DNA of 64,000 nucleotides from NCBI RefSeq assembly GCF_058153355.1, contig NZ_CM177019.1; one strand, 5' to 3'. Shown piece by piece: positions 1 to 10,066 of this stretch (position 1 is its first letter; each line of letters starts with the position of its first letter). The notes under the pieces were generated by a model. It saw only the letters and a program-made list of their open reading frames with translations, ran no database searches and was not told where the DNA came from. The position numbers and the translations under genes were made by a program.

Positions 1-1838
1 AGCACTACATTTTTAGCTTCTGAATTCCTGATGTAGAAAGCATCACCAAAACTGTTGGTTCCTTCGATAAGTGTTCCGGAAGTCGTGGAAGCAATTAATG
101 CGCCGCCGGATTGTTGCTCAACATGCTTAGCCTCACCACCGTCCTGAACCTCCAGAACGCCACCATTATTAAGTCTGGTGGTATCTGTTTTAGCCTCCTT
201 CTGGACAATCAGCTTACCGCCAGCATCAACGGTAGTATTTTTCGCCGTGGTTTTAGCCACTACCGTCAGTTCGCCGGTATTTTCCAGCACAACATAATTA
301 GCCTCCCCTCCGGTAATAGTGAAGTGAGAGAGCTTGTTGTATCCTTCAATATCAGTCCCTGCGCCCGTGTTGGCAACTAAAGCACTGCCCGTCTCCTGGT
401 TAACCCCATGTGCGATACCACCGGTATAGACAATCAGCGAGCCTCCGGCGCTAATATTGCTGCCAGTTGCCGTACCATCTTTCTCAACAACCTGCCGGCT
501 CCCGGAGGAGATATTTGTCGTGTCAGCTTTCCCGCCGCTCTTGATATTTTGTGTTCCGCTGTTGATATTGGTTCCCGTGGCAATACCATGATTATTTATA
601 TTCTGTGTGCCACCATTAATTATGGTATTGGTCGCGTTTCCGGCAACATCCATAACGCCGCCATTATCTATTCGGGTCGCATCAGCTTTAGCATTCGTTA
701 AAACTGACATTGTTCCTTTATCTTTAATAATCGTCTTATTTGCCGAACCATATACGTCTAAATGACCACCGTTTTCCAGCAACACATTGTCTGCCACGTT
801 ATTGTGAATAGAGAATGCCCCTTCACTATTCGTACCGCTCACCGTCGACCTGTCAGTCATTGCTTTTAAAGCCGCGCCATCGTGCTGGGTAACATTCGTT
901 GCCGTGCCCTCTCTAACATCAAGCACGCCACCGGAATATATTTCAATAACATTCGAGGTGCTCCTGCTATCAACAATTTGCGTCCCACCAGAATAGATCG
1001 TGGTAGTGTGCGCCGTTGACGTGTTTTGCAGCGTCTGCATTCCTCCATTTTTAATGGTGGTTATTTGTGCAGTGCTTGAATCAACATCCTGTCGACCACC
1101 ATCTATTGTGGTGTCCAGCGCATGGCTCTTAATTGTTCTTTGGTCACCTCCATTTTTAATGATAGTGTTTTCTACAATACTCGAATCTACATACTGTCGG
1201 CCCCCATCTATTGTTGTGTTCGTTGCCAGACTTCCTTGTGTGATGTTCTGAGAACCAGATGTATTTATCGTCGTACCGTCAACATGCCCCTGAGCTGTTA
1301 CTGTTTGTTTACCACCATCAATGACAGTCCCGTTTGCTCTCCCTCCTTCGACGTATGAATTACCATTCTTAATTATCGTGCCATTGCTGGTACCATCCTT
1401 ATAAATGTACTGATTGCCACCCTCGATTAACGTGCCATTGCTGGTACCACCGTTATAAACTTGCTGATTGCCACTCGCGATTATCGTACCGCTAGAATTC
1501 CCACCATTATAAATTACCTGTGTACCCCCATGAAGGATTGTATTATTAGCTTGCCCCTGATAATTGTTATGGTTTGCTACATCTTGTTGTCCACCCATTT
1601 CAATAATACTTCCATTAGACACCCCACCAAATACAGTCTGGTGGCCGTGATTAATGATATGAGTATCATTAGTTGTCCCCCGTTCATCTACTATTTGCTC
1701 GCCATCCACAGTTTCACCATTTACGATACCAGTAACGATTGATGTGAAAGCAGCCTCTCCAGGCTGGGCATATATCAAGGCAGATATCAATAAGGAAAGT
1801 ACTGAACGGCGAAAATAATAGCGACTGGTCCTGTTCAT
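1..1838 (-). CDS. ycgH: Autotransporter adhesin-like protein YcgH, N-terminal part (runs off the window start)
   Basis: Minus-strand frame starting at ATG 1836-1838 (MNRTSRYYFRRSV..., signal-peptide-like) is open to position 1 (no minus ORF ending here in the track); Gly/Thr/Asn-rich passenger repeats; position next to ymgG/ymgD as in K-12. Confidence 0.7.
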   Translation of the reverse strand, partial: MNRTSRYYFRRSVLSLLISALIYAQPGEAAFTSIVTGIVNGETVDGEQIVDERGTTNDTHIINHGHQTVFGGVSNGSIIEMGGQQDVANHNNYQGQANNTILHGGTQVIYNGGNSSGTIIASGNQQVYNGGTSNGTLIEGGNQYIYKDGTSNGTIIKNGNSYVEGGRANGTVIDGGKQTVTAQGHVDGTTINTSGSQNITQGSLATNTTIDGGRQYVDSSIVENTIIKNGGDQRTIKSHALDTTIDGGRQDVDSSTAQITTIKNGGMQTLQNTSTAHTTTIYSGGTQIVDSRSTSNVIEIYSGGVLDVREGTATNVTQHDGAALKAMTDRSTVSGTNSEGAFSIHNNVADNVLLENGGHLDVYGSANKTIIKDKGTMSVLTNAKADATRIDNGGVMDVAGNATNTIINGGTQNINNHGIATGTNINSGTQNIKSGGKADTTNISSGSRQVVEKDGTATGSNISAGGSLIVYTGGIAHGVNQETGSALVANTGAGTDIEGYNKLSHFTITGGEANYVVLENTGELTVVAKTTAKNTTVDAGGKLIVQKEAKTDTTRLNNGGVLEVQDGGEAKHVEQQSGGALIASTTSGTLIEGTNSFGDAFYIRNSEAKNVV

Positions 1839-2441
1839 AAATTTCATCCTCTGAAAAGTGAATACTGAGTAGCGGGTAAGCGACCTTAGCTCTGCTGCAA
1901 CATCGGCCCACAGGCACCAGACCAGGGGATTCATCCTTAAGAGACAGCGCAAGTGTATTGTGTTCACCGCTCATCAAAGACATCATGATGAAATGATGAT
2001 ATTCCGCATAAGAAAGAGGCATTTTTAGACGCATCGCGCTGAAGTGTGGTTGAATAAAAATCAATCTTTTCAGATAAGACTGTCGTACGCTTATTCTGCG
2101 AAAATAAGGCCGTCGGCAAAGTAAAATGACTCACATAATTGTTTCTGATGAATATCTTCTACTCACATGAATATTACACAATAATATTGATGCATCAGAT
2201 TATCTTACCTTTACAACATCACGTTAACAGCCAATGACACTTCTTGAATAAAAATATTGTCAATCAAAGAGTTATTTTTTATTTAAGATTATTCTCATTC
2301 AAGTAAAAGACATAATTCCTATCATCACAGCCACGCTCATTTTGAATTATCTGAATAATAGCGAGCGTTCTTTAGTTAAGCAGGTCTTAATTGAAGACGA
2401 AATTATTGTGTGTGCAACTTACTTAATACCGGACATCTAAG

Positions 2442-2786
2442 TTGAAGAAAAAAATACTCGCCTTCGGGCTTATCTCAGCATTGCTCTGCTCCGCGCCAGC
2501 GATGGCGGATATGAATCGCACCACAAAAGGTGCACTACTTGGTGCAGGCGTTGGTTTACTTACTGGCAATGGCGTTAATGGCGTACTGAAAGGTGCAGCT
2601 GTTGGCGCTGGCGTTGGTGCAGTAACAGAAAAAGGCCGCGACGGCAAAAATGCGCGCAAAGGTGCAAAAGTGGGTGCCGCCGTTGGTGCTGTCACTGGCG
2701 TTCTGACCGGCAATGGCCTTGAAGGGGCGATTAAAGGTGCCGTAATTGGCGGTACGGGTGGTGCAATTCTGGGTAAAATGAAATAA
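2442..2786 (+). CDS. ymgG: Glycine-zipper protein YmgG
   Basis: 114-aa ORF, TTG start, signal peptide plus G/A/V-rich glycine-zipper repeats; recognised as YmgG. Confidence 0.8.
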   Translation: MKKKILAFGLISALLCSAPAMADMNRTTKGALLGAGVGLLTGNGVNGVLKGAAVGAGVGAVTEKGRDGKNARKGAKVGAAVGAVTGVLTGNGLEGAIKGAVIGGTGGAILGKMK

Positions 2787-2789
2787 GGA

Positions 2790-3125
2790 ATGATGATGAA
2801 AAAATTTGCTTTACTGGCGGGTCTGTTTGTTTTCGCACCAATGACCTGGGCGCAGGACTACAATATTAAGAACGGTTTGCCGTCAGAAACCTATATTACT
2901 TGCGCAGAAGCCAACGAAATGGCAAAAACTGACAGCGCACAAGTTGCAGAAATTGTTGCGGTAATGGGTAATGCCAGCGTTGCCAGCCGTGATTTAAAAA
3001 TTGAGCAATCTCCGGAACTGAGCGCCAAAGTGGTAGAAAAACTGAACCAGGTTTGCGCTAAAGACCCGCAAATGCTGTTGATCACGGCAATTGATGACAC
3101 CATGCGTGCTATCGGCAAAAAATAA
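2790..3125 (+). CDS. ymgD: Periplasmic protein YmgD
   Basis: 111-aa ORF with signal peptide (MMMKKFALLAGLFVFAPMTWAQ); directly follows ymgG; start may be 2796. Confidence 0.8.
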   Translation: MMMKKFALLAGLFVFAPMTWAQDYNIKNGLPSETYITCAEANEMAKTDSAQVAEIVAVMGNASVASRDLKIEQSPELSAKVVEKLNQVCAKDPQMLLITAIDDTMRAIGKK

Positions 3126-3300
3126 TATTTCGTCTGTTACCGCGTCGATTGATTCGACGCGGTGGTTGTATATAGTTCTACAATGAAACATCACACCCGC
3201 CAATACGCCCTCACAACAACAAGCAAAGCAATTTAATCGGCATTAAACCACAAATACAACAATACTTATTACTATATAGCGGCTATAGCATAAAGAAAGA

Positions 3301-3519
3301 TTAGTGCTGATCCCTGTGGCTAACGAGTTTTTCCCTTACTCGATTAACCAGATTGATCGCCAGCCAAACAAGGGCATTCAGCAAATTTATCGTCACAAGC
3401 ACTTCTCCAAGCCCAGTACTGGGTTTTGCGATAAGGATGACCAGCAAGGTGATCAGCATAAATGCAATGGAAAAGATGATATAGAGAGTGAAATAATCCA
3501 GATTATTACTATTGTTCAT
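3301..3519 (-). CDS. ymgF: Small inner-membrane protein YmgF
   Basis: 72 aa from internal Met (MNNSNNLDYFTLYIIF...), two hydrophobic segments; position matches K-12 ymgF. Confidence 0.75.
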   Translation of the reverse strand: MNNSNNLDYFTLYIIFSIAFMLITLLVILIAKPSTGLGEVLVTINLLNALVWLAINLVNRVREKLVSHRDQH

Positions 3520-3650
3520 GCTACTAATGGCAATCCTGTCAAAACTTTCAAACAATTATAGCAAACAAAATAATGAACAATAGTAACAAGACGCAACGAG
3601 CTAATTAGCTGTCTATAATTACACCGCACCATGGTCTTAATGATCAATTT

Positions 3651-5174
3651 TTACTCAATCATAACCTTCACCTTCGGTTTAGAAAGGATAATTTTAACCA
3701 GGTCGATGTAGGTTACCGGTTTATAGAAATAATAACCCTGCTGAAATGTGATGTTGTTTTGATTCAGATAATCAAGCTGTTCTTTTGTTTCGACACCTTC
3801 AGCGACGATACTGATCGAAAGTTTACGCGCCAGATCCAGTACACAATCCAGAATCCTGGCTGATTCTGGGTCTGCATTGACACGACCAACAAAACTGTGA
3901 TCAATTTTAATATAATCAATATGCAGATCATGCAGATAAGAAAGCCCTGAATAGCCAGTACCAAAATCATCCAGTGCGATGACAAAACCATTTTCATGCA
4001 GAATGTTCAACCGCTGAACCAGACTCTCATCAACATTTAATGGCTCACGCTCGGTAACTTCCAGAACGAGGTTTAAATCGCGACGGGTAAAACTGTCACG
4101 GTAATTTAAGCACTCGTCGACAAATGTCGGCGAAATAATATGCGAGGCACTAAAATTAATTCCGATATGAAAACCTTCCGGCAATTTACTCGCGATAGCG
4201 TTCATCTGTGTGACAACCTGATTCATCAGACTTTGTGTAAGCGGAACAATTAATCCAGATTTTTCAGCAAGTGGAATAAATGCCGCGGGTGAGATATATT
4301 TGCCGTGAGGTTGTTTCCAGCGGGCTAATACCTCAACTCCCCGCAATGTCCCTTCCCGACCATTTACCACAGGTTGGTAAAAAGGGACAATCTCACCATT
4401 ACTTATTGCCTGTCGCAGGACCTCTTCAGGCGTTGCGCTTTTATTAAAATACTTATCAAGCAGGTAGGCTGCGGCGCAGGCAATTAACAGAATGAATATC
4501 AAAACCCCTACGCCATTATCGATAAGTCTGTAGAAGCTAAAGAATGGTGGTGGGTTAAAGATAATAGTGAAATGATATCTTGTGGAGTGAACTTTCTCAG
4601 TATAAGGATAGTGTCCATTAAGCGTCATCACGTCACCGGTAGGTCCAATAATGTCATCCGCTACGCGTAATGCATACCTTACCCCTTTCAAGGGCACATT
4701 AAGCGCTCCACGAATATGCTGATCACTTATCGTGACCAAAATACGCGTGTCTGCAAATTGGCTCTGATAGAGCAGGATAGGCAATCTATTGACGGTGTCG
4801 ATTGCCGGAGCCAACAATAAATTACTGTCAGGGAAAGCAGGAATACGAGACAGCAGGACTCGATTCCCCGGCAAGGATGTACACCAGACCATTCCGCGTT
4901 TGAGAATGATGATTGTGCGCAAGTGAGGTTTCAGAGCTGCTTCAGTGCCAAGCTGATATTGCTCCTCGAGGTCGCATTCCTTCCCGGCAATGTTAACCGC
5001 CGCTTGAGTCGCCTGTGACGCTTCTTCAAGTATGTGATTGATATTGTTGACAGCATATCTCGCTCCCGCCATATATGCTGCTTTTGCGGAATACCAGAGC
5101 TGGATATTCAAAATAGCGACACCGGTTATAAACAAGCATATCGCAACGAGGATGGGTATGAGTGTATTGCGCAT
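3651..5174 (-). CDS. pdeG: c-di-GMP phosphodiesterase PdeG (CSS-EAL)
   Basis: 507-aa ORF; N-terminal TM/periplasmic region and C-terminal EAL domain (EVLARW..., DDFGTGYSGL). Confidence 0.88.
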   Translation of the reverse strand: MRNTLIPILVAICLFITGVAILNIQLWYSAKAAYMAGARYAVNNINHILEEASQATQAAVNIAGKECDLEEQYQLGTEAALKPHLRTIIILKRGMVWCTSLPGNRVLLSRIPAFPDSNLLLAPAIDTVNRLPILLYQSQFADTRILVTISDQHIRGALNVPLKGVRYALRVADDIIGPTGDVMTLNGHYPYTEKVHSTRYHFTIIFNPPPFFSFYRLIDNGVGVLIFILLIACAAAYLLDKYFNKSATPEEVLRQAISNGEIVPFYQPVVNGREGTLRGVEVLARWKQPHGKYISPAAFIPLAEKSGLIVPLTQSLMNQVVTQMNAIASKLPEGFHIGINFSASHIISPTFVDECLNYRDSFTRRDLNLVLEVTEREPLNVDESLVQRLNILHENGFVIALDDFGTGYSGLSYLHDLHIDYIKIDHSFVGRVNADPESARILDCVLDLARKLSISIVAEGVETKEQLDYLNQNNITFQQGYYFYKPVTYIDLVKIILSKPKVKVMIE

Positions 5175-5506
5175 TCGCTTGTCCCGGACTAAGGATTTTA
5201 ATACATGAAAATGACGTTCATTCGCTCGTGCTGGCGTCTAAAGAGAGCATGGTAGAGAGCATAAGAAATATCCACGCCGAAGATAAAATTTTCTCCATCG
5301 TCATCTAACCTATTAATTATTGTGCTTAATGTGGGTAAAATTAAGCAAATCTGGCAGGATGTCAGACGCAAGAATGGAGAACAATAGTTCTCCATTCTTG
5401 TTTAAACCCTGATATTCCGGATATATTAAGAAACATAACGACTTAAATTATTACTTTGCACCAGCATATGATACAGCTGATGGTAATTTTAAAACCTTAC
5501 TCAGTT

Positions 5507-5755
5507 CTAAGAGAGCACGGATTCCCTGTCATTAATAATGACATCCGTTAGTGTTGTCTTATGCAATTCAATGTACTGCAAAATTTGCAGGTAGAGATCA
5601 GAAAGAATCACACTCGTTTCATCTTTTAAACGCAAGCGTAAAGCCTGATCAATAATATGACTATTAACATACCCATGCGCCATGAACACCTCCCTCTCGA
5701 GATTTTTAAATAAAGCACATTGAAAAATAAATCTCTCGGGAATTGAATTATTCAT
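5507..5755 (-). CDS. ymgC: Protein YmgC
   Basis: 82-aa ORF, last gene of the ycgZ-ymgA-ariR-ymgC cluster. Confidence 0.8.
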   Translation of the reverse strand: MNNSIPERFIFQCALFKNLEREVFMAHGYVNSHIIDQALRLRLKDETSVILSDLYLQILQYIELHKTTLTDVIINDRESVLS

Positions 5756-5875
5756 GTCAGCCTCGTAAAAATATCAATCCAATAGAATTATGCTGTGTAT
5801 AGTCTAAGCGACAGACAAAAATAAGATGAATGAGTTTTCTATAAACTTATGCTAGTTATACTAAACAATAAAAAG

Positions 5876-6142
5876 TCACATATCATCAGCTGTGTATCGC
5901 AACACGATTTCCAGTGTTTTTCTAATCACATCAGCTTTGAGAATATCATTCGTTGTTTCCAGGGAGTGTATCAGACTTAAGATAATATTTTTATTATTAA
6001 CATTATCCCCTGAAAGCATTAAATTGGTCACCGCCTGCCCTAATACAGCAGACTCTTCTTCTAACAAATTCCCCGAACTGCGAAAGTAACTTGATAACGC
6101 CTTATCAGTTATTGCGTTATGAATAGTAGTATCTTCAAGCAT
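5876..6142 (-). CDS. ariR: Connector protein AriR (YmgB)
   Basis: 88-aa [23 protein letters not shown]...; recognised as AriR/YmgB. Confidence 0.88.
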   Translation of the reverse strand: MLEDTTIHNAITDKALSSYFRSSGNLLEEESAVLGQAVTNLMLSGDNVNNKNIILSLIHSLETTNDILKADVIRKTLEIVLRYTADDM

Positions 6143-6170
6143 GGTAACCTCTCATCTTACTTATGAAATT

Positions 6171-6443
6171 TTAATGTATTCTGTTTATTTTCTTACCATT
6201 GAATATACTTTTATTGTCAGCTATTGCTGCTCTTCTGTTAGGCCCTCCTGTATCACTATTGCTAAAATCACGAATTATGCTATCAATTAAATCTCGTCGG
6301 AAGGCATTTTGTTCAACAGATTTCATTACGAGTAATTGCTTAATAAGAGTCTGCAACGAAAAATTTATCTTCATGCGTAATATCTGGAGCACCGCCTGGC
6401 CAGTAATTTCATGTTTTATACTTTCATTATCAGATGTCTTCAT
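6171..6443 (-). CDS. ymgA: Connector protein YmgA
   Basis: 90-aa ORF between ycgZ and ariR. Confidence 0.85.
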   Translation of the reverse strand: MKTSDNESIKHEITGQAVLQILRMKINFSLQTLIKQLLVMKSVEQNAFRRDLIDSIIRDFSNSDTGGPNRRAAIADNKSIFNGKKINRIH

Positions 6444-6485
6444 AACGACTTCATAGTTAATCTGTCAAATAATCAGGCTGTCACA

Positions 6486-6722
6486 TTATTCAAAAAGCAA
6501 CCCAATTAGTGAATTGTAGTGTTTCTGTTCCTCTTCCCCTGTCGCTTGCTCCAGTCGACAAAGAAGTTTGGTACAAAGCGACTTTCGACTCAGATTACGT
6601 CCATCTTTCAAAATTTCAGTCACAATTTCCCCGAGGGTTTCCTGCTGAGTAGGCAAGTTAGCTTTTGCAAAGTAACGAGTAATTGCCCCCGCAGAATCTG
6701 AAATCACTGAATTTTGCTGCAT
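6486..6722 (-). CDS. ycgZ: Connector protein YcgZ
   Basis: 78-aa ORF, first gene of the operon divergent from bluF. Confidence 0.85.
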   Translation of the reverse strand: MQQNSVISDSAGAITRYFAKANLPTQQETLGEIVTEILKDGRNLSRKSLCTKLLCRLEQATGEEEQKHYNSLIGLLFE

Positions 6723-7035
6723 GCTACGCCTCTATTAAAAATGTTAAACGTTGTTAAGTGCAGTAACAATAGCAAACTTGTACGAAATATGTGTACAGAA
6801 TGATAAATTATTTTTTTGCAATTAGTGCTAACACCTATAAAACAATGAGATACGTAAAAATTATTTGCATCATTTTACTGACAACCTATACAAGATTCCA
6901 AACGAACTCATCTTCAAATTTTTCCATTTTTTATCAATGTAAATAAATAGTTATGTTTTAGCATTAAAAGAAAGACACCAGAAGATATGTCTGTTACCGT
7001 CATACTCTCGCCTCGCCCATTACCCTGGACTATTA
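6723..7035. promoter_or_regulatory. Divergent ycgZ / bluF promoter region with a candidate BluR (MerR-type) operator near 6775-6800
   Basis: 313-bp AT-rich intergenic region between divergent genes; TGTAC...GTACA inverted motif just upstream of ycgZ; BluR repression of ycgZ-ymgAB is established knowledge. Confidence 0.5.
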
Positions 7036-8247
7036 ATGCTTACTACCCTTATTTATCGTAGCCATATACGTGACGACGAACCTGTCAAAAAAATCGAAGA
7101 AATGGTTTCGATAGCAAATCGCAGAAACATGCGGTCTGACGTAACAGGGATTTTACTGTTTAATGGTTCACATTTTTTTCAACTTCTTGAAGGTCCGGAA
7201 GAACAGGTTCAAATGATTTATCGGGCCATATGCCAGGATCCACGGCACTATAATATCGTTGAACTGCTGTGCGATTACGCACCTGCTCGCCGTTTTGGCA
7301 AAGCAGGAATGGAATTATTTGATTTGCGCCTCCACGAGCGCAATGACGTTTTACAGGCCGTACTCGACAAAGGCACCTCAAAATTTCAGCTAACTTATGA
7401 TGACAGAGCGCTGCAATTTTTTCGTACTTTTGTTCTTTCAACTGAAAAATCAACCTATTTCGAGATTCCTGCCGAAGACTCCTGGCGTTTTATCGCTGAC
7501 GGACTTGATAAAGAACTTGATTCCTGTACCCTTTCACCAAATATAAACGACCACTTTGCCTTTCATCCTATTGTCGATCCTTTATCGCGGCGGATAATCG
7601 CTTTTGAAGCAATTGTTAAAAATAGGGAAGACAGCCCATCAGCCAGAGTGGTTGGGCAAAGCAAAGACGGGGAAATCTACACAGCGGATCTCAAAAGTAA
7701 GGCACTTGCATTCGCGATGGCACACGCACTTGAGCTCGGTGATAAAATGATATCAATCAATCTATTACCTATGACCCTGGTTAACGAGCCTGACGCGGTC
7801 TCTTTTTTACTTGATGAAATAAAGGCCAATGGTTTGGTGCCTGAACAAATTATCGTGGAATTTACTGAAAGTGAGGTCATATCTCGGTTTGATGAATTTG
7901 CCGATGCTGTTAAATCACTTAAGGCTACCGGTATGAGTGTAGCAATTGACCATTTTGGCACAGGTTTTGCCGGTTTGTTACTCCTGTCACGCTTCCAGCC
8001 TGACAGAATTAAAATCAGTCAGGAATTGATTACCAATGTTCATAAAAGCGGGCCTCGGCAGGCAATTATTCAGGCGATCATAAAATGCTGTACATCACTT
8101 GAAATTCAAGTCTCTGCTATGGGTGTGGCAACACCAGAAGAGTGGATGTGGCTTGAATCTGCAGGAATTGAGATGTTTCAGGGAGATCTGTTTGCCAAAG
8201 CTAAATTGAATGGTATCCCTTCAGTTGCGTGGCCGGAGAAAAAATAA
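7036..8247 (+). CDS. bluF: Blue-light sensor BluF (BLUF-EAL)
   Basis: 403-aa ORF; N-terminal BLUF domain (YRSHIRDD...ILLFNGSHFFQLLEGPEEQ) and degenerate EAL C-terminal domain. Confidence 0.92.
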   Translation: MLTTLIYRSHIRDDEPVKKIEEMVSIANRRNMRSDVTGILLFNGSHFFQLLEGPEEQVQMIYRAICQDPRHYNIVELLCDYAPARRFGKAGMELFDLRLHERNDVLQAVLDKGTSKFQLTYDDRALQFFRTFVLSTEKSTYFEIPAEDSWRFIADGLDKELDSCTLSPNINDHFAFHPIVDPLSRRIIAFEAIVKNREDSPSARVVGQSKDGEIYTADLKSKALAFAMAHALELGDKMISINLLPMTLVNEPDAVSFLLDEIKANGLVPEQIIVEFTESEVISRFDEFADAVKSLKATGMSVAIDHFGTGFAGLLLLSRFQPDRIKISQELITNVHKSGPRQAIIQAIIKCCTSLEIQVSAMGVATPEEWMWLESAGIEMFQGDLFAKAKLNGIPSVAWPEKK

Positions 8248-8367
8248 TTTTCAGCACATTATTTCACATGATTTCTGGAAATCATCGTGAAAATGAATAC
8301 GTTATGTTTTAATTTAATCCACATTAAAAATAATGTTTTATCCAATTTAGCTGAAATCTTATTTATA

Positions 8368-8400
8368 CTTTGTACAATTTTAGCGTATATTGTACAAAGT
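8368..8400. promoter_or_regulatory. 12-bp-arm palindrome upstream of bluR, candidate MerR-type operator
   Basis: ACTTTGTACAAT ... ATTGTACAAAGT inverted repeat about 50 bp upstream of the bluR GTG start. Confidence 0.4.
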
Positions 8401-8451
8401 ATTATTGGGTCGTGTACAGGCGACGGAGATTTATGAGCGCAAGGAGGAATT

Positions 8452-9183
8452 GTGGCTTATTACAGCATTGGTGATGTTGCTGAACGTTGCGGGATTAATC
8501 CTGTCACTCTCCGGGCCTGGCAACGCCGCTACGGTTTGTTAAAACCACAGCGCAGTGAAGGCGGACACCGACTCTTTGATGAAGAAGACATACAACGCAT
8601 CGAAGAGATCAAGCGTTGGATAAGTAATGGCGTCCCTGTAGGCAAAGTTAAAGCATTACTGGAAACCACCAGCCAGGATACGGAAGATGACTGGAGCCGC
8701 CTGCAAGAAGAGATGATGTCAATTCTTCGTATGGCTAATCCTGCCAAACTACGCGCGAGAATTATTTCACTGGGTCGAGAGTACCCGGTAGATCAATTGA
8801 TTAATCATGTTTACCTTCCTGTTCGTCAGCGTCTCGTGCTTGATCACAACACCTCCCGCATTATGAGCAGTATATTTGACGGCGCATTAATTGAATACGC
8901 AGCAGCCTCACTTTTCGAAATGCGCCGTAAGCCCGGTAAAGAAGCCATTCTAATGGCGTGGAATGTTGAAGAGAGAGCACGATTGTGGCTGGAAGCATGG
9001 CGTTTATCATTGTCAGGATGGCATATTTCTGTCCTTGCTGATCCCATTGAATCGCCGCGCCCGGAACTGTTCCCGACGCAAACATTGATTGTCTGGACAG
9101 GCATGGCACCAACGAGAAGGCAAAACGAACTTTTACAACACTGGGGTGAGCAAGGTTATAACGTCATCTTTCATGCCCCCTAA
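8452..9183 (+). CDS. bluR: MerR-family repressor BluR (YcgE)
   Basis: 243-aa ORF, GTG start after AAGGAGG; N-terminal MerR helix-turn-helix ([28 protein letters not shown]). Confidence 0.92.
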   Translation: MAYYSIGDVAERCGINPVTLRAWQRRYGLLKPQRSEGGHRLFDEEDIQRIEEIKRWISNGVPVGKVKALLETTSQDTEDDWSRLQEEMMSILRMANPAKLRARIISLGREYPVDQLINHVYLPVRQRLVLDHNTSRIMSSIFDGALIEYAAASLFEMRRKPGKEAILMAWNVEERARLWLEAWRLSLSGWHISVLADPIESPRPELFPTQTLIVWTGMAPTRRQNELLQHWGEQGYNVIFHAP

Positions 9184-9403
9184 TTTCACCTTTATCCCGC
9201 CCCTTAGACAGAATCTTATAATCTAAACCCACAACAGCGTTTGTACCGGAGCTGATCCGTTGCAAAATGCTCACCGGGAGAATTCAGGTAACCCCCCTTT
9301 CACACTTTGTACATATCACAGCCAAAGGACAGACCAGCTTGAAGTGAGAAAACCGATCGTGCACACTACGCACTCTCACAACTAACAAAAGGTTATTATC
9401 CTG

Positions 9404-9808
9404 ATGGATCAGGTCGTTGTTTTTCAAAAGATGTTTGAAAAAGTGAGAAAAGAGCAAAACTTTTCCTGGTTTTATTCAGAGTTAAAACATCACCGTATTG
9501 TGCATTACATTTATTATCTGGCTACGGATAACATCAGAATTATTACTCACGATGAAACAGTTTTGTTATTAAGAGGAAACCGTAGCCTGTTAAAAGTCAG
9601 TACAACCAAAAACCCAGAAAAAATTAAAGAGGCGGCATTGCTTCATATTTCTGGGAACTCTACATTTTGGGAGTATTGTACAACACTGGCAAGTGCTGGC
9701 GTTTTCCGCTGGGTAACCGATGTTAATAACAATAAACGCGGCTACTACGCTATTGATAATACGCTGTTGTATGTTGAAGATGTGGAAAATAACAAGCCAT
9801 TAATCTAG
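9404..9808 (+). CDS. ycgX: DUF1398-family protein YcgX
   Basis: 134-aa ORF recognised as YcgX; synteny with bluR. Confidence 0.85.
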   Translation: MDQVVVFQKMFEKVRKEQNFSWFYSELKHHRIVHYIYYLATDNIRIITHDETVLLLRGNRSLLKVSTTKNPEKIKEAALLHISGNSTFWEYCTTLASAGVFRWVTDVNNNKRGYYAIDNTLLYVEDVENNKPLI

Positions 9809-10004
9809 CAAAGTTTTAACACATAAGAGATCTATCATAATTCAGTAAAATAACAAAAAAGAGGACTTTCTATGACTTATCAGAACTCCCTTTTTATTGT
9901 TATCCATAATTGTTCAGCCGACCAATTCTATAAATCTGACATTTGACACGCCTCCTTTGCCGTTCTGATACGTTACTTTTCTTGCCGTTATCAAACCCAC
10001 AAAT

Positions 10005-10066
10005 ACAACGGGCGTGTTATATGCCCGTTCAATACTTAATAGGTATAGCGTTAACATATTCTTGAT
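10005..10066. repeat. icd 3'-end/terminator-like repeat (copy A), att-like remnant
   Basis: About 80% identical over about 62 bp to 16321..16383 (icd terminator hairpin AACGGGCGTGTTATAxGCCCGTT plus the last icd codons ...IKNM), same orientation. Confidence 0.6.

Noticed and set aside
111-1742. Plus-strand ORFs of 78-97 aa (111..380, 408..701, 1000..1251, 1122..1358, 1461..1742)
   Set aside because: They lie antisense or out of frame within the ycgH autotransporter coding region, are low-complexity, and have no ribosome-binding context; they are shadow ORFs of the repetitive passenger domain.
1714-2064. 116-aa minus-strand ORF overlapping the ycgH start
   Set aside because: It overlaps the ycgH initiation region in another frame. 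Only its first 12 codons are conserved (the 40-bp repeat), so a full 116-aa protein is unlikely; it is kept only as a possible short leader ORF.
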